The notes: generated by a model not told the origin, from the letters alone. DNA of 64,000 nucleotides from an uncultured virus (IMG/VR IMGVR_UViG_2724679563_000003) (IMGVR_UViG_2724679563_000003:62001-126000); one strand, 5' to 3'; shown: positions 39,863 to 50,596, counted from the first letter of the stretch. Program-made: numbers and translations.

Positions 39863-40507
39863 TTATTTTATATTATGTAATAGTTTATCTATTAATCCTA
39901 CTAAATATCCTCCAACAAAGTTACCTATAATTATAACACTTATTTTAATAATAGTACATTTATTCCACATTTGTCCACATGAAATATAAAACATATCAGC
40001 AATACTATGTTCAAATTCACAGAATACAAAAATGACTACTGGAATTAGAATTGAAATAGTTTTATCTACTAAATATTTTTGTCTTGAAGATAACAAAACT
40101 CCATATCCTACTAATGCTCCGCAGAAAACTGCTAATATAAACAAGCTAATATTTGTATCTGTAATTCTTAATTGTACTAGCTTATATGCCTTAGTCTGTA
40201 AAATTACATTTAACCTTGTTAATCTAAACATATAAGCTGCTAAATATGCTCCTATAAAGTTTCCTATCAATGATTGTAAAATTAATAAAATATGTTCTTT
40301 TTTATTTTGAGCAAATGGTAATAATGGATTTAATCTAGTATATAATAAATTACTAAAATTCATAACTAAGAATAACCCTATTACAAACAACGTACTTCCT
40401 ATAAGTTTATTATCAGTTAAAAGATAGGATATACATCCTATAGAAATGTATATCCCAACCATTACTGAATTTAAAGAATTTAATAATATCTGTTTAACTC
40501 TACTCAT
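39863..40507 (-). CDS. Formate/nitrite transporter (FNT) family channel
   Basis: Six TM segments; 'LYT', 'IGNFIG', 'AVFCGALV', 'FVFCEFEHSIADMFY', 'GNFVGG'. Confidence 0.88.
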   Translation of the reverse strand: MSRVKQILLNSLNSVMVGIYISIGCISYLLTDNKLIGSTLFVIGLFLVMNFSNLLYTRLNPLLPFAQNKKEHILLILQSLIGNFIGAYLAAYMFRLTRLNVILQTKAYKLVQLRITDTNISLFILAVFCGALVGYGVLLSSRQKYLVDKTISILIPVVIFVFCEFEHSIADMFYISCGQMWNKCTIIKISVIIIGNFVGGYLVGLIDKLLHNIK

Positions 40508-40511
40508 AAAA

Positions 40512-41000
40512 TTAATAATCTGTTCCTTTCTTATAAATTCTTTGATTTGACGTTGCTAGTTTAATCCCATATTGTATATTATTATTTGTTTTTAATTTTT
40601 GATTATAAGTACCACATTTAATATAATCAACATACTTTAAAACATTATTATAATTTTGTTTTATATAATCTAAATCATATCCTGTATAAATCCAAATTTT
40701 TATATTCTTAAACTCATTTTTAATTATTTTAGAAAAATTCAGAACATCTTTTATATTTGCTTCATTTAAAGGGTCTCCCCCACTAAAAACAACTGCATCA
40801 TAATGTTTTATATTTTTTCTTAAATGATTTGTAATTTCATTTTTTATATTCTTATCAAAATTTTCTCCATTATTGCTATTCCAAGTGGAAGGGTTATGAC
40901 ACCCTTCACACTTATGTGAACAACCTGATAAAAAAATAGTTATAGAATATCCATTTGCATTAGTATCATCAAAATAAACTATGTTTATATATTTACTCAT
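40512..41000 (-). CDS. nrdG: Anaerobic ribonucleotide reductase activase (radical SAM)
   Basis: 'GCSHKCEGCHN', 'SGGDPL', 'IWIYTGY', 'SNQRI'. Confidence 0.93.
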   Translation of the reverse strand: MSKYINIVYFDDTNANGYSITIFLSGCSHKCEGCHNPSTWNSNNGENFDKNIKNEITNHLRKNIKHYDAVVFSGGDPLNEANIKDVLNFSKIIKNEFKNIKIWIYTGYDLDYIKQNYNNVLKYVDYIKCGTYNQKLKTNNNIQYGIKLATSNQRIYKKGTDY

Positions 41001-43182
41001 AAATATTCAACTCTCTTCTTTCAACTTCATCTTGCTTTCCCTTATTCATCTGCTTTTTATCTGTAGTAAGATATCCTGTTACTATTGCCAAATTCTCTAC
41101 ATTATCACTTCCACAATTCTCACATTCATCCATAAAAGCCCCTATTGAATATCCACAATCCATACAAGTTGCAATAGGATGTGAAATTCTTATATAAGGA
41201 ATATCTTTTTCCAATGCGTAATCTATAGCCTTTGTGATAGCTTTTTCATTATAATTTGCACCATCAACTTCTATGTGAAAAATATTACCTCCATTTGCAT
41301 ATTTAGCGAATCTACTTTCAATATCTATCTTTTTAAAAATTGGCACTCCTAGTTCAACAGGACAGTGATGTGAATTAGTAATGTATTCTTTATCAGATAC
41401 CCCTTCTATTACTCCGAATTGCCTTCTAATTCCCTGTAATGCTTGTTCTGAATATCCTTCACTAGGAGATGCGTATGTTACAAAATTTAACCCTTCTTCT
41501 TTTATGCACTTATCACAATAATTCCTAATTGTTTTTACTATTTTTACTCCTAAATCTTCAGCTTCTTTATTTTCACAATGATAATATCCTGTTAATGCTT
41601 TTACACATTCTGCTACTCCAATATAGCCTATAGCCAAGGAGTTGTTTCTCAAAGCCATTTCAGTTGTTGTTATACATTTATCTGCATCCATTATTGTTTG
41701 ATTTCCATACATGAAAGATGCTACAGAGGGTTTTTGTTTTCTCATAATATCATATCTAATTAATAAACTTCTTCTAGCACAATCTAATATTTCATTTAAT
41801 CTGTCAAAGAATTTATTTACATCTTTATCACTCTCTAATGCCAAATAAGGTAGATTGATAGAAACTGGTAAATTATTTCCTCTACCTAATTTACTATAAT
41901 TTTGTTTGAATATATTAAAACCAGTCATCGTGCGGCATCCCATGATATTCATTTCTTCTTCCCAACAAGTAGCTTTGTTTCCACTCCAATCACAATTGAC
42001 TATTGTAGGATATAATCTTTTATGTAAAACTTTTTGAGCCAACATTCTAAGATAATAATACTTGTCATTAGGAAACCTATTAATTCCTTTTTTTACTTGA
42101 AAACAAGTTATAGGAAATATGGCTGTTCTATTATGTTTTCCTATTCCTTTATGTAATTCTTTTAAAAACCCTTCTATAATATAAGCACTTTCTTCTTCAT
42201 TTTTCCAATCTATTAATCCTATATTAATACTTGAAAATGGCAATTGATGTCCACTTCTTGATTGTAACGTAACTAAGTTTGTTATTAATGCTTGATGTGC
42301 TTGTTCTACAGATTTATCTATTAATTTTTTAGCTTTTGAGTATCTATCTCCTAATAATCCTCTTGCCTCTGAAAAAGATATCTGTTTTGGTACTTTAATA
42401 TTCAAATCTAATATATCTACTACTTTTGCTACTTCCTTTGCTATGGTTTTCTTTAAAAATGGTATCATATAAATTGAAAAATTCATTAATCCACAACCAC
42501 CAAATTGGTCAAGAGATTGTGTTTGTATAATCACAGCTAATAACTGACAAGCTGACTGATAAGAATTCGCAGGTTTAGTATCTCCTTGTCTTGTGCTGAA
42601 ACCATTATGTAATAGTTTAGGATAATCAAGCAAAAGACAATTATGCATTCCTAATACTGTTTTGGGATAATCATGTTGCTTTAATATAGTTTTATCATTT
42701 AACTCTACTATATCTTTAGGTAATGTATTATTTGCCATATTTTTTTCAATTGCTTCTACTATTCTTAATTCTTTTCCTCCAAAGTTATTTTCATCTATAT
42801 TAGCATTACTGTTTTCTGTGGATATTCTTTCTATTATCTCATTTTTTAGTTTTAAGGTATAATTAGATATTCTTATTCTCTCTCTCTTTTCTCTATAATC
42901 TTTATATGCTTTTGCTATCAATTTATCAGCATTGTATAATTCATCAATTATAATATCTTGTATTTCTTCTATATGTATACTATGTGTATATGATGTTTTA
43001 ATTCGATCTTGAATTTTATCTACTAAGACATCTAACCATAAATGATTATTACTCTTATCATCTACTATATTTTTATTTATACAAACTTCATCAGCAGCTC
43101 TTTGTATTGCTATTTTAATTCTGTTTCTATCAAAATATTTTACTCTTCCATCTCTTTTTATTACCTTGATATTTTCTGACAT
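40993..43182 (-). CDS. nrdD: Class III anaerobic ribonucleoside-triphosphate reductase
   Basis: ATP cone 'VIKRDG', 'HNC', 'MGCRT', 'YITNSHH', Zn 'CMDCG..CENCGS', glycyl-radical loop 'VTGYL'. Confidence 0.95.
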   Translation of the reverse strand: MSENIKVIKRDGRVKYFDRNRIKIAIQRAADEVCINKNIVDDKSNNHLWLDVLVDKIQDRIKTSYTHSIHIEEIQDIIIDELYNADKLIAKAYKDYREKRERIRISNYTLKLKNEIIERISTENSNANIDENNFGGKELRIVEAIEKNMANNTLPKDIVELNDKTILKQHDYPKTVLGMHNCLLLDYPKLLHNGFSTRQGDTKPANSYQSACQLLAVIIQTQSLDQFGGCGLMNFSIYMIPFLKKTIAKEVAKVVDILDLNIKVPKQISFSEARGLLGDRYSKAKKLIDKSVEQAHQALITNLVTLQSRSGHQLPFSSINIGLIDWKNEEESAYIIEGFLKELHKGIGKHNRTAIFPITCFQVKKGINRFPNDKYYYLRMLAQKVLHKRLYPTIVNCDWSGNKATCWEEEMNIMGCRTMTGFNIFKQNYSKLGRGNNLPVSINLPYLALESDKDVNKFFDRLNEILDCARRSLLIRYDIMRKQKPSVASFMYGNQTIMDADKCITTTEMALRNNSLAIGYIGVAECVKALTGYYHCENKEAEDLGVKIVKTIRNYCDKCIKEEGLNFVTYASPSEGYSEQALQGIRRQFGVIEGVSDKEYITNSHHCPVELGVPIFKKIDIESRFAKYANGGNIFHIEVDGANYNEKAITKAIDYALEKDIPYIRISHPIATCMDCGYSIGAFMDECENCGSDNVENLAIVTGYLTTDKKQMNKGKQDEVERRELNIYE

Positions 43183-43218
43183 CCAATTCCTTCTTTCTTT
43201 TTAATAAATTATTTTGTT

Positions 43219-43404
43219 TTAATCTCTCCATGTGTTTTTAAATGCTTCCTCACCTTCTTTCACAAGTTTATTATATTTATTTTTATTAACTTTGAATCTT
43301 TTATTGTCTATATTTTGCATGACATATTCATTGTTATTAATAATATATAGTAAATCCATATCTATATGACTTAACATAAATTCATCATCAAAACCCAATT
43401 TCAT
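43219..43404 (-). CDS. Hypothetical protein
   Basis: AAGGAAG RBS preceded by box A and site B. Confidence 0.55.
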   Translation of the reverse strand: MKLGFDDEFMLSHIDMDLLYIINNNEYVMQNIDNKRFKVNKNKYNKLVKEGEEAFKNTWRD

Positions 43405-43481
43405 AGTATGCTCTCTTCCTTTATATATATTTTTAAATTATTTTATATTAATTTAAAATCAACCTTTTATAAACTATATTT

Positions 43482-44099
43482 TTAAGCTTTCCAACATTTT
43501 TTAAGTTGAGTACTTTCCTTTTCAGTTAACATTTCTTCTTCATATGAAACAACCTTTCCATAAGCTCTACCAAATTTAGTATCGCATATCACAAAATCAT
43601 TTATATTTAATCTTTCATTACTTATAAACTTATATTGTTTTTCGTTAGGCTTATGTTCTATATAGTATATTGTAAAAGATTTTTTAGTTTCTTTTAATCT
43701 AAATTTTTGTTTACTGTCTATATACACTGTGTTATCAAGTAATGGAGTTGGATTAGTTTTATCTTCAATATAACGTATTTGTATTTCATTGCATCTATTC
43801 ATATGTATAGATCGAACTTTATAGCAGCTCATTGTACTTTCATAGGTTTCATTAGGTTTTATTCTTGCAATAACTTCTTGAAAAGTAAAAACTTCTTGTA
43901 TAGACTCTAGCATTTCATCACTCCAATTATAAGAATCTTCATCTTTATCAATTTTATAACTATCGACACAACATTTTTTTATTATAACTGACTTCCCTTT
44001 AAATTCGTCCATTGAATCTGAAAAACACCATCCTCCATACCAATCACCAGCTTTTAAATCTGTTCTAACTCGAACTTTATCTCCAACTTTAAAATTCAT
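43482..44099 (-). CDS. Hypothetical phage protein
   Basis: 'MNFKVGDKVRVRTDL...WSDEML' common phage module. Confidence 0.7.
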   Translation of the reverse strand: MNFKVGDKVRVRTDLKAGDWYGGWCFSDSMDEFKGKSVIIKKCCVDSYKIDKDEDSYNWSDEMLESIQEVFTFQEVIARIKPNETYESTMSCYKVRSIHMNRCNEIQIRYIEDKTNPTPLLDNTVYIDSKQKFRLKETKKSFTIYYIEHKPNEKQYKFISNERLNINDFVICDTKFGRAYGKVVSYEEEMLTEKESTQLKKCWKA

Positions 44100-44345
44100 A
44101 ACTATTCCTCCTCAATCCCTTTATAATGAGTTTTAACTATTTCAAATATTCCTCTAATTTGATATTCCCAAGCTCTTAGATTATCACCTTGTATTTGTGG
44201 AAATATTACCTTAAATTCTTCTATGTATTCTTCTGGAGTTATGTCACAACCTTTCTTTACCTTAGAAGTTATATCTACTTCTATTTTGTACAATAAATCA
44301 TCAGCAAACATATTTATCACTCCTCTTTATAATTATTAAATTATT

Positions 44346-44756
44346 TTATTCCCAACTTAAACCTGCATTTTTTTCTTCAAATTTTCCATCTTTGATAACG
44401 AACCTAAAATGGTCTCCATTATCTGTGTAAAATTGCAAATAGCCATCTTCACAATATGGAGCTATTAATTTAAATAATACATCATCGTCCCCTAGTTTTT
44501 CACCTATAAAATCTATTATTGTATAATAATTGTCATCTTCTTCTAATTCATATTTTAAATCATTCCATATTTCTTCTAATGTTAAAGGGGTATCTTCATC
44601 ATCTTCTATTGATATCATATCTTTAATATCAAATCCATCGACCCACTTCAATTCTCCGCCATTATTAAAAAAATCTGATAACTTAGTTATTATCAATTTC
44701 ATATTTTCTTTTCTAATTTTAATATTTCCTTCCTCATGATAAACACAACAGCTCAT
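44346..44756 (-). CDS. Hypothetical phage protein
   Basis: AAGGAGG RBS. Confidence 0.7.
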   Translation of the reverse strand: MSCCVYHEEGNIKIRKENMKLIITKLSDFFNNGGELKWVDGFDIKDMISIEDDEDTPLTLEEIWNDLKYELEEDDNYYTIIDFIGEKLGDDDVLFKLIAPYCEDGYLQFYTDNGDHFRFVIKDGKFEEKNAGLSWE

Positions 44757-44778
44757 ATTCTAAATCCTCCTTTATAAA

Positions 44779-45138
44779 TTATTTTAATCTATTTTCTAAT
44801 TCCTTCAATAATTCTTCATTTGTATAATCTGATAATTGTTTTTCTAATACAACATCAACATCATTAATTGTTTCACCATGTTCTAAATCTTTATAGCTTT
44901 TAATCTTTTTAACTTTGAACTGTTTAATTAATTGTTCTTGTGAAAAATTCCATATTCCCATTATTTCTCCTTCTGGAGTACATACAACAGAAATTATGCT
45001 ATTATTATTTTCAACATTAAATGTTACAATATCTCCTGTGTTAAGCTTGTTTCCTTTAATATCTATTTTATTTGTTTCTTCTCCTATAGGGAATTTTTCT
45101 TCAAAATATTGTAGATACCCTGTAAATTTCTTACTCAT
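44779..45138 (-). CDS. Hypothetical phage protein
   Basis: GAGGAGG RBS. Confidence 0.65.
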   Translation of the reverse strand: MSKKFTGYLQYFEEKFPIGEETNKIDIKGNKLNTGDIVTFNVENNNSIISVVCTPEGEIMGIWNFSQEQLIKQFKVKKIKSYKDLEHGETINDVDVVLEKQLSDYTNEELLKELENRLK

Positions 45139-45272
45139 TTAGTTATCCTCCTCTTTTTTATTGGACATTAATTCTTTATTAATTGATTTCAAATAAAATC
45201 CATATTTTAAACCATCTGAACCGTTGTATATTATAGCTTTAATCAACTATAATATACAACTTATGTATTAAA

Positions 45273-46136
45273 TTATTTATTAGTTCTCATATCTAATATA
45301 GGATTTCCTCCTTGTACTTGAGGTACTTTACCATCCCATTTCTTTACTTTCTCATATTCTACTATAGTATTATTTAATGTAGATTGTTTTAGCCTATTTG
45401 CATCTGCCTCAGCTTTAGCCCCTATTTCTGTTACCTTTGCTTTAGATTCTGCATCTACTTTATCTTTTTGTGCTTTTATTTTTGCAGTTTCTAATTCTAT
45501 TTTTTGTTGCTCTAATTGTTGTTGTGCGTTGATTCTATCTTGTATAGCCTTATTAGTTTGTCCATCTACATTTATTCTTGTAAAATTGACACTATCAATA
45601 ACTATTCCATATTCTTTAAATCTTTCTTTAGAATACTCATATAATTCTTTATTTAAATAACTTCTTTTTTCTCCATAAATATCTAACACTGAAAATTTAG
45701 AAGATACTTCTGTAGCATACGCTTTCATCTTACCTTTTATAAAATTCTGTTCGATTACTTTCCCTTTTTGACCTTTAAATCTTGTAAATGTTTTTGGTAA
45801 TTGTTCATTATCAAAATGATAGGAGAACTCGAGATCGATGTTAAGTACTTTCCCATCTTTACTTGGAATTAAGAAACTATCATCATCTTCTGATCCTTCT
45901 TTTTTGTCTTTACTTAAAAAAGCTTGTTCAGTAGCAACTGAATACTCTACAACTTTTTTAAATGGAGATATTAAATGCCAACCTTGTCCCAATGTTTTAT
46001 CCTCTACACCCCCATTCATACTATAAACAACACCTACATATCCTGCCTTGATTCTTTCTGTTGATTTAAATATAGTAAATACTCCTCCTACAACTAATAT
46101 TCCTGCTATTAAACTTGATAAAAACTTCTTATTCAT
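45273..46136 (-). CDS. SPFH/band 7/prohibitin family membrane protein
   Basis: 'RIKAGYVGVV', 'GWHLISPF', 'SKDGK', coiled coil, 'KWDGKVP'. Confidence 0.9.
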   Translation of the reverse strand: MNKKFLSSLIAGILVVGGVFTIFKSTERIKAGYVGVVYSMNGGVEDKTLGQGWHLISPFKKVVEYSVATEQAFLSKDKKEGSEDDDSFLIPSKDGKVLNIDLEFSYHFDNEQLPKTFTRFKGQKGKVIEQNFIKGKMKAYATEVSSKFSVLDIYGEKRSYLNKELYEYSKERFKEYGIVIDSVNFTRINVDGQTNKAIQDRINAQQQLEQQKIELETAKIKAQKDKVDAESKAKVTEIGAKAEADANRLKQSTLNNTIVEYEKVKKWDGKVPQVQGGNPILDMRTNK

Positions 46137-46308
46137 TATTATTTATCCTCCTCATTATCTTTAAATATTTTATTTGAAATTGCTTTTGTTAAATCTACCA
46201 ACTTGCTGCATATAGGTATTAATGATATAAAGGCAATAATTGCTATCAAAAATACAATTAAATAGAAAACTGGATTCATTCTAACCACTTCCTCATTAAA
46301 TTATTTCA

Positions 46309-46701
46309 TTATAATATGGGGTCTATATACCATTTTCCTTCCGCAATAACCTTTCTCATAAATCCATCTGAACAGTCTCTGCTAAAACCATTGTGAAAAA
46401 TTTCTTTTAACGTATGATATTTAGTAAAAAATGGGTCATTCAGTACTAGATAATGTTTTACTTTAACTTTTTTATCCGTATTTAATACAAGCTTAAAATC
46501 TACAGGTTTTTCAACTACTTCCCATGATTCATTCGTTTTTAACTCTATATTGCTAGTTTCTTCTCCAAATTCATAAAATTTTATATCGCCATTCTTATTT
46601 TTAACCGTCCATCCACTCTGATTTTTAAATTCTAAGTATGGATTTTCTGTTATTTCCATAATCATTCTCCATGTTAAATATGTATGTTTACCATTGCACA
46701 C
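46309..46701 (-). CDS. Hypothetical phage protein
   Basis: 'EGKWYI' module as in 28280 ORF; start uncertain. Confidence 0.55.
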   Translation of the reverse strand: MCNGKHTYLTWRMIMEITENPYLEFKNQSGWTVKNKNGDIKFYEFGEETSNIELKTNESWEVVEKPVDFKLVLNTDKKVKVKHYLVLNDPFFTKYHTLKEIFHNGFSRDCSDGFMRKVIAEGKWYIDPIL

Positions 46702-46723
46702 AATTCAATCCTCCTTTAATAAA

Positions 46724-47365
46724 TTATTTTATATATAAAGTTGCATTAGCAATTTTATTTTCTTTATTATTAATTAACCATTCTCCTGTAACGTTTGGTA
46801 TAAATACATCAACTTTACATTCTGTTTTATCTTCATTTAGCCATTGTATTGCTCCACCTGAATCTACTACTTTATAATTACCCATACCTTCTATATTTAA
46901 AATACTTCCATATGTAATATCTTTAGGCATAGCACAAACTTTCATATTGTGTGATGTTAAATTCTTGCCTTTTTTATCTAATTGCCCACCTTCTAAATCA
47001 TTGTCAATATTTGTATAATATGTCACATATACTTTTATTGATTTAATTTGTCTACCGCCTGACAAATCACCTCCTCTCGATAATCTAGCTTTTTTTAATT
47101 GTTCATTTTTATTTTTTAAATTACTTACACTATTTTCTAAGTTCTTTATTTTCCTATCTTTTTCGCTATTTGTGTTTTCTATGTTTTTAATCCTTATGTT
47201 CTTATTATCAATCTCTTTTGTTAATGTTTTATTTCTAGTTTGCTCTTTCTCAATTGTCTTTTGTTGAGTATGTATTTGTTGTTCGTTTTTATTCTTATTA
47301 TGTAGTAAATACATATTACTTATAGCTAAAATACAAATAATAGCTAATAATCTTTTTGATTTCAA
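46724..47365 (-). CDS. Secreted 3D-domain (cell-wall lytic transglycosylase-like) protein
   Basis: Signal peptide, coiled coil, 'SRGG', 'VTYYT', 'VVDSGGAI', 'VDVFIP'. Confidence 0.85.
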   Translation of the reverse strand: MKSKRLLAIICILAISNMYLLHNKNKNEQQIHTQQKTIEKEQTRNKTLTKEIDNKNIRIKNIENTNSEKDRKIKNLENSVSNLKNKNEQLKKARLSRGGDLSGGRQIKSIKVYVTYYTNIDNDLEGGQLDKKGKNLTSHNMKVCAMPKDITYGSILNIEGMGNYKVVDSGGAIQWLNEDKTECKVDVFIPNVTGEWLINNKENKIANATLYIK

Positions 47366-47385
47366 ACAATCATCCTCTCTTTTTT

Positions 47386-47727
47386 CTAGTCATCATCCCT
47401 CCAACCACAATTGGGACACTTTCTATAACTTATTAATTGATTACATTCTGTGCCAAAGTGTTCAAGTCTTTCAGTATCTCTCTTTGTTATTACAATTAAT
47501 TCCTCATTGCATTTAGGACATCTGCCATTATTAAAATTATAATCTTCAGCATTAGACTCTATCCCTTTTAAATTTTGTTCTAATTCTTTTATTTTATTTT
47601 CTTTTATTAAAGTTAAGAAATCTGTTGCAAGTTCATGTAATAAATTTAATCCATCATCTTTTAAATACATTTCTGGATTATGAAATATGTCTTTAAACTC
47701 ATTAAAATAAATGCTTCCTTTATTCAA
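47386..47727 (-). CDS. Zn-ribbon hypothetical protein
   Basis: 'CPKC...CPNCGW'. Confidence 0.6.
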   Translation of the reverse strand: MNKGSIYFNEFKDIFHNPEMYLKDDGLNLLHELATDFLTLIKENKIKELEQNLKGIESNAEDYNFNNGRCPKCNEELIVITKRDTERLEHFGTECNQLISYRKCPNCGWRDDD

Positions 47728-47749
47728 TCTCTCTCAACCTTTCTATTTA

Positions 47750-47778
47750 ATATTACCAAATTATTTTATATTAGTCAA
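47750..47778 (-). promoter_or_regulatory. Sigma-A promoter with box A in spacer
   Basis: TTGACT-aatATAAAATAATTTgg-TAATAT. Confidence 0.75.
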
Positions 47779-48144
47779 GCATATGTATTTGTTTTCTAAA
47801 TTATTTTAAATCTGCATAAACACTATGTATAGTCTGAGGTTTCTTATAATCTTTATGTAAATCTAATCTTTTACTTTTAATTAACTCCTTAAAAGGCTTA
47901 CAAAAATACTTATTATTATCATCTTGATAACAGCAATTGTCTTCTATGTCATGTTCTATTATTTCTCCTATTCTCCTATCTTCCCAAAGAAAATTACTAA
48001 TCTGGTTTACTTCTTTTTTAGATTTACATAATATATATAATGTTAATTGCTTCTCGTTTTTACCTGTTGTTTCAAATATTTTGTTCATTATTTTTCACTC
48101 ATCCCTTTTCAGTTTTATGTATTTGTTTTAAAATTATTTCATAA

Positions 48145-48762
48145 TCATTTCTTCCAAAATTTCCACTTAAACTTCTTTTTCTCTTTGTTTGCAAAGTAAT
48201 CACTTTGTAATCTTCCTAATTCTGATTTTAATAAATCATTATACTCTTTTAAACTTTCTACTTCTTTATCTAGTAATTCATTTTCTTGTTTTATGATATT
48301 ACAATAATTTTCCACATCTGCTTGTCCTCCAAGATAACCTAAAAGCCATAAGGCAGTACATAATAGATTATCATCACACATTTTTAATTCTAATTTAGGT
48401 ATTTTATCTCCATTCTTGTATGTTTTATTTTCTTTTAACTGAACAATAACTTCTACTTTATTGAAAGTTTCTTGATTATTTATATTGCCATAAATTTTAT
48501 TATCTATAATTGCTAAAGCTTGACCTTCCACTAAATCACAATCGGTTTGACATATGTAATGTTCATACTCAAATAAATCATTATAATAACCTTCGTAATC
48601 ACTTTTAGGATTAAATAAATCTATTTCTGTATCATCTTCTTTTTCTAACTTATTTAATTCATTAGTTAATTGATTAAACCATTCCTTATCTTTTGTTTCC
48701 AAAGCTAAATTAATCATATCTTTAAGAAACTCTTTATCTTGAATATCTGATATTTTAATCAC
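48145..48762 (-). CDS. IDEAL-domain hypothetical protein
   Basis: 'MINLALETKDKEWFNQLT' matches the IDEAL motif; C-terminal coiled coil. Confidence 0.7.
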   Translation of the reverse strand: MIKISDIQDKEFLKDMINLALETKDKEWFNQLTNELNKLEKEDDTEIDLFNPKSDYEGYYNDLFEYEHYICQTDCDLVEGQALAIIDNKIYGNINNQETFNKVEVIVQLKENKTYKNGDKIPKLELKMCDDNLLCTALWLLGYLGGQADVENYCNIIKQENELLDKEVESLKEYNDLLKSELGRLQSDYFANKEKKKFKWKFWKK

Positions 48763-48768
48763 CTTCTT

Positions 48769-49155
48769 TTAATGTTGTTTTGGTGGTGGCGGAGGTGCTG
48801 GAGCATTTGTTGGAGGGACTGTTTTAACGTTATCTTGATTATTTAGGATTATATTGGTTTTATTTTTATGTTCACAATCTTTTATCTTAACTTCCATTAA
48901 AGCCGATACCCCTTTTATTATTGCAATTATTATATATCCAAAAATTTTTATTAACCCCAATGGTAGAGTTATGATATTTACAATTATATCTCCTATGTAT
49001 ATACCTTGATATTTTTTGCTTTTCTTATGACTACTCCAATCTTTTTGAATATCTTTGCAGAGGACTAAATACCACATTAAACCACATAGAGTAGCAAGTC
49101 CATTTAAAAAAGGATTTTGCATAAAACAATCATATAGCATTTTAAATTTAATCAC
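48769..49155 (-). CDS. Membrane protein with Pro-rich tail
   Basis: TM segments; 'PPTNAPAPPPPPK'. Confidence 0.6.
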   Translation of the reverse strand: MIKFKMLYDCFMQNPFLNGLATLCGLMWYLVLCKDIQKDWSSHKKSKKYQGIYIGDIIVNIITLPLGLIKIFGYIIIAIIKGVSALMEVKIKDCEHKNKTNIILNNQDNVKTVPPTNAPAPPPPPKQH

Positions 49156-49178
49156 CTCCTAAACTTTTGATAAAAGAA

Positions 49179-49994
49179 TCATTTTATTAAATTGTTTTTA
49201 AAATAGTCTTCAACCATGCCTCGTCTTATTACTTTATCAAATTGAACAATAATATATAGTAAATACTTATCTAAATAAGGATTTAATTGCATCATACATT
49301 CAAGGGGTATTCCATAATAGGCTTCTGCTATGCCCCCTGCTATACAGGCTTGAGTATCAGTATCTCCACCTAGACTAACAGCTTTTCTAACAACATCTTC
49401 ATATGATTTCCCTTCAAGAAAACATATAATTGATTCTGGTACACTTCCTTGACAAGTTTCATCGAAAAAATAACTTGATCTTATATCTTTTATGCTTTTA
49501 TTTAAATTATAATCGAAGAACGTTTCTATAAATTCTTTAATTATCTTTTTAGGAGTTTTCATTCTTGCTAAATAAACACAAGCTGCTATAGCAGAAGCCC
49601 CTTTAATTCCTTCTATATGATTATGTGTTGCTATTGCTGATTCTTCTGCTTTATCCATTACAGTTTTTAAATCGTTGTATAGCCATCCTATAGGACTAAC
49701 TCTCATAGCTGAACCGTTTCCAAAACTATTATATGGTTTAGCATTATCAGATTCTAACCAATTTCTAAATGAATTACCATAACTGCAATTAGGATATTGA
49801 TTTCCCCACTCTTTATATGCTTGTTCAAAACTTTTATTATTTAAGATTGCATCTGCTGTAGCTATAGTTAAAACTGTATCATCTGTAAATTCACATTTTT
49901 TATCAAATAGTTTAAAATCTTCTGACTTGTTATTCCTAAGTTTACTAAATTCAAATCTTGAACCTATGATATCTCCTAATATAGCACCTTTCAT
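49179..49994 (-). CDS. ADP-ribosylglycohydrolase (DraG/ARH family)
   Basis: 'GAILGDIIG', 'FTDDT', 'GNGSAMRVSP', 'THNH', 'GGDTDT'. Confidence 0.93.
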   Translation of the reverse strand: MKGAILGDIIGSRFEFSKLRNNKSEDFKLFDKKCEFTDDTVLTIATADAILNNKSFEQAYKEWGNQYPNCSYGNSFRNWLESDNAKPYNSFGNGSAMRVSPIGWLYNDLKTVMDKAEESAIATHNHIEGIKGASAIAACVYLARMKTPKKIIKEFIETFFDYNLNKSIKDIRSSYFFDETCQGSVPESIICFLEGKSYEDVVRKAVSLGGDTDTQACIAGGIAEAYYGIPLECMMQLNPYLDKYLLYIIVQFDKVIRRGMVEDYFKNNLIK

Positions 49995-50050
49995 AAAAGC
50001 CCTCCTTTTTTATTAAATTATTTTTGATATATTTTAGCTTTTATTCAGTT

Positions 50051-50596
50051 CTAATTTAACCAAATTAACTCCCAATCACTATCCTTATAAATAGCTTCTA
50101 AGCCTTTTTTATCATCATCAAACCAATTACCATATTTAATTTCATTATATCCTTTGTGATGTTGTATTAGCTTATATTTTGCTTTCATATATCCTGCTTC
50201 ACAAAAGTCTAAAGCTGAATCCTCTTTTTTACCTTTTTCAATAACACCCTTTTTAACCATTTCTAAAACCAAATCCTCTTCAAAACAATCACTATCATAC
50301 CAAGGCATTTTTAAAGTGTATTTATAAATAGCTTTAACTAAATTATGTCTCTCACAAGCATTCTTCAAGGCTTCATAGAACAATCCAGTTCCCTCTATTT
50401 GACCATAAAAACTATAATAAGTTTCATTTTCATAGTTAAGTTGTGATCTATTATGCTTTTTATTATATTCAATATCTCTTTTAATTATTTCTTCTTTAAA
50501 AGTTTGTAAAAACTCTTTAGTTAGTAGTTTTCTTTTCCTATTAGGTAATTTAAAGTAATTTGAAATACCCCATCCTATATTCCCTTTTGTTCCCAT
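50051..50596 (-). CDS. Hypothetical protein
   Basis: 181-aa ORF with AAGGAG RBS. Confidence 0.65.
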   Translation of the reverse strand: MGTKGNIGWGISNYFKLPNRKRKLLTKEFLQTFKEEIIKRDIEYNKKHNRSQLNYENETYYSFYGQIEGTGLFYEALKNACERHNLVKAIYKYTLKMPWYDSDCFEEDLVLEMVKKGVIEKGKKEDSALDFCEAGYMKAKYKLIQHHKGYNEIKYGNWFDDDKKGLEAIYKDSDWELIWLN

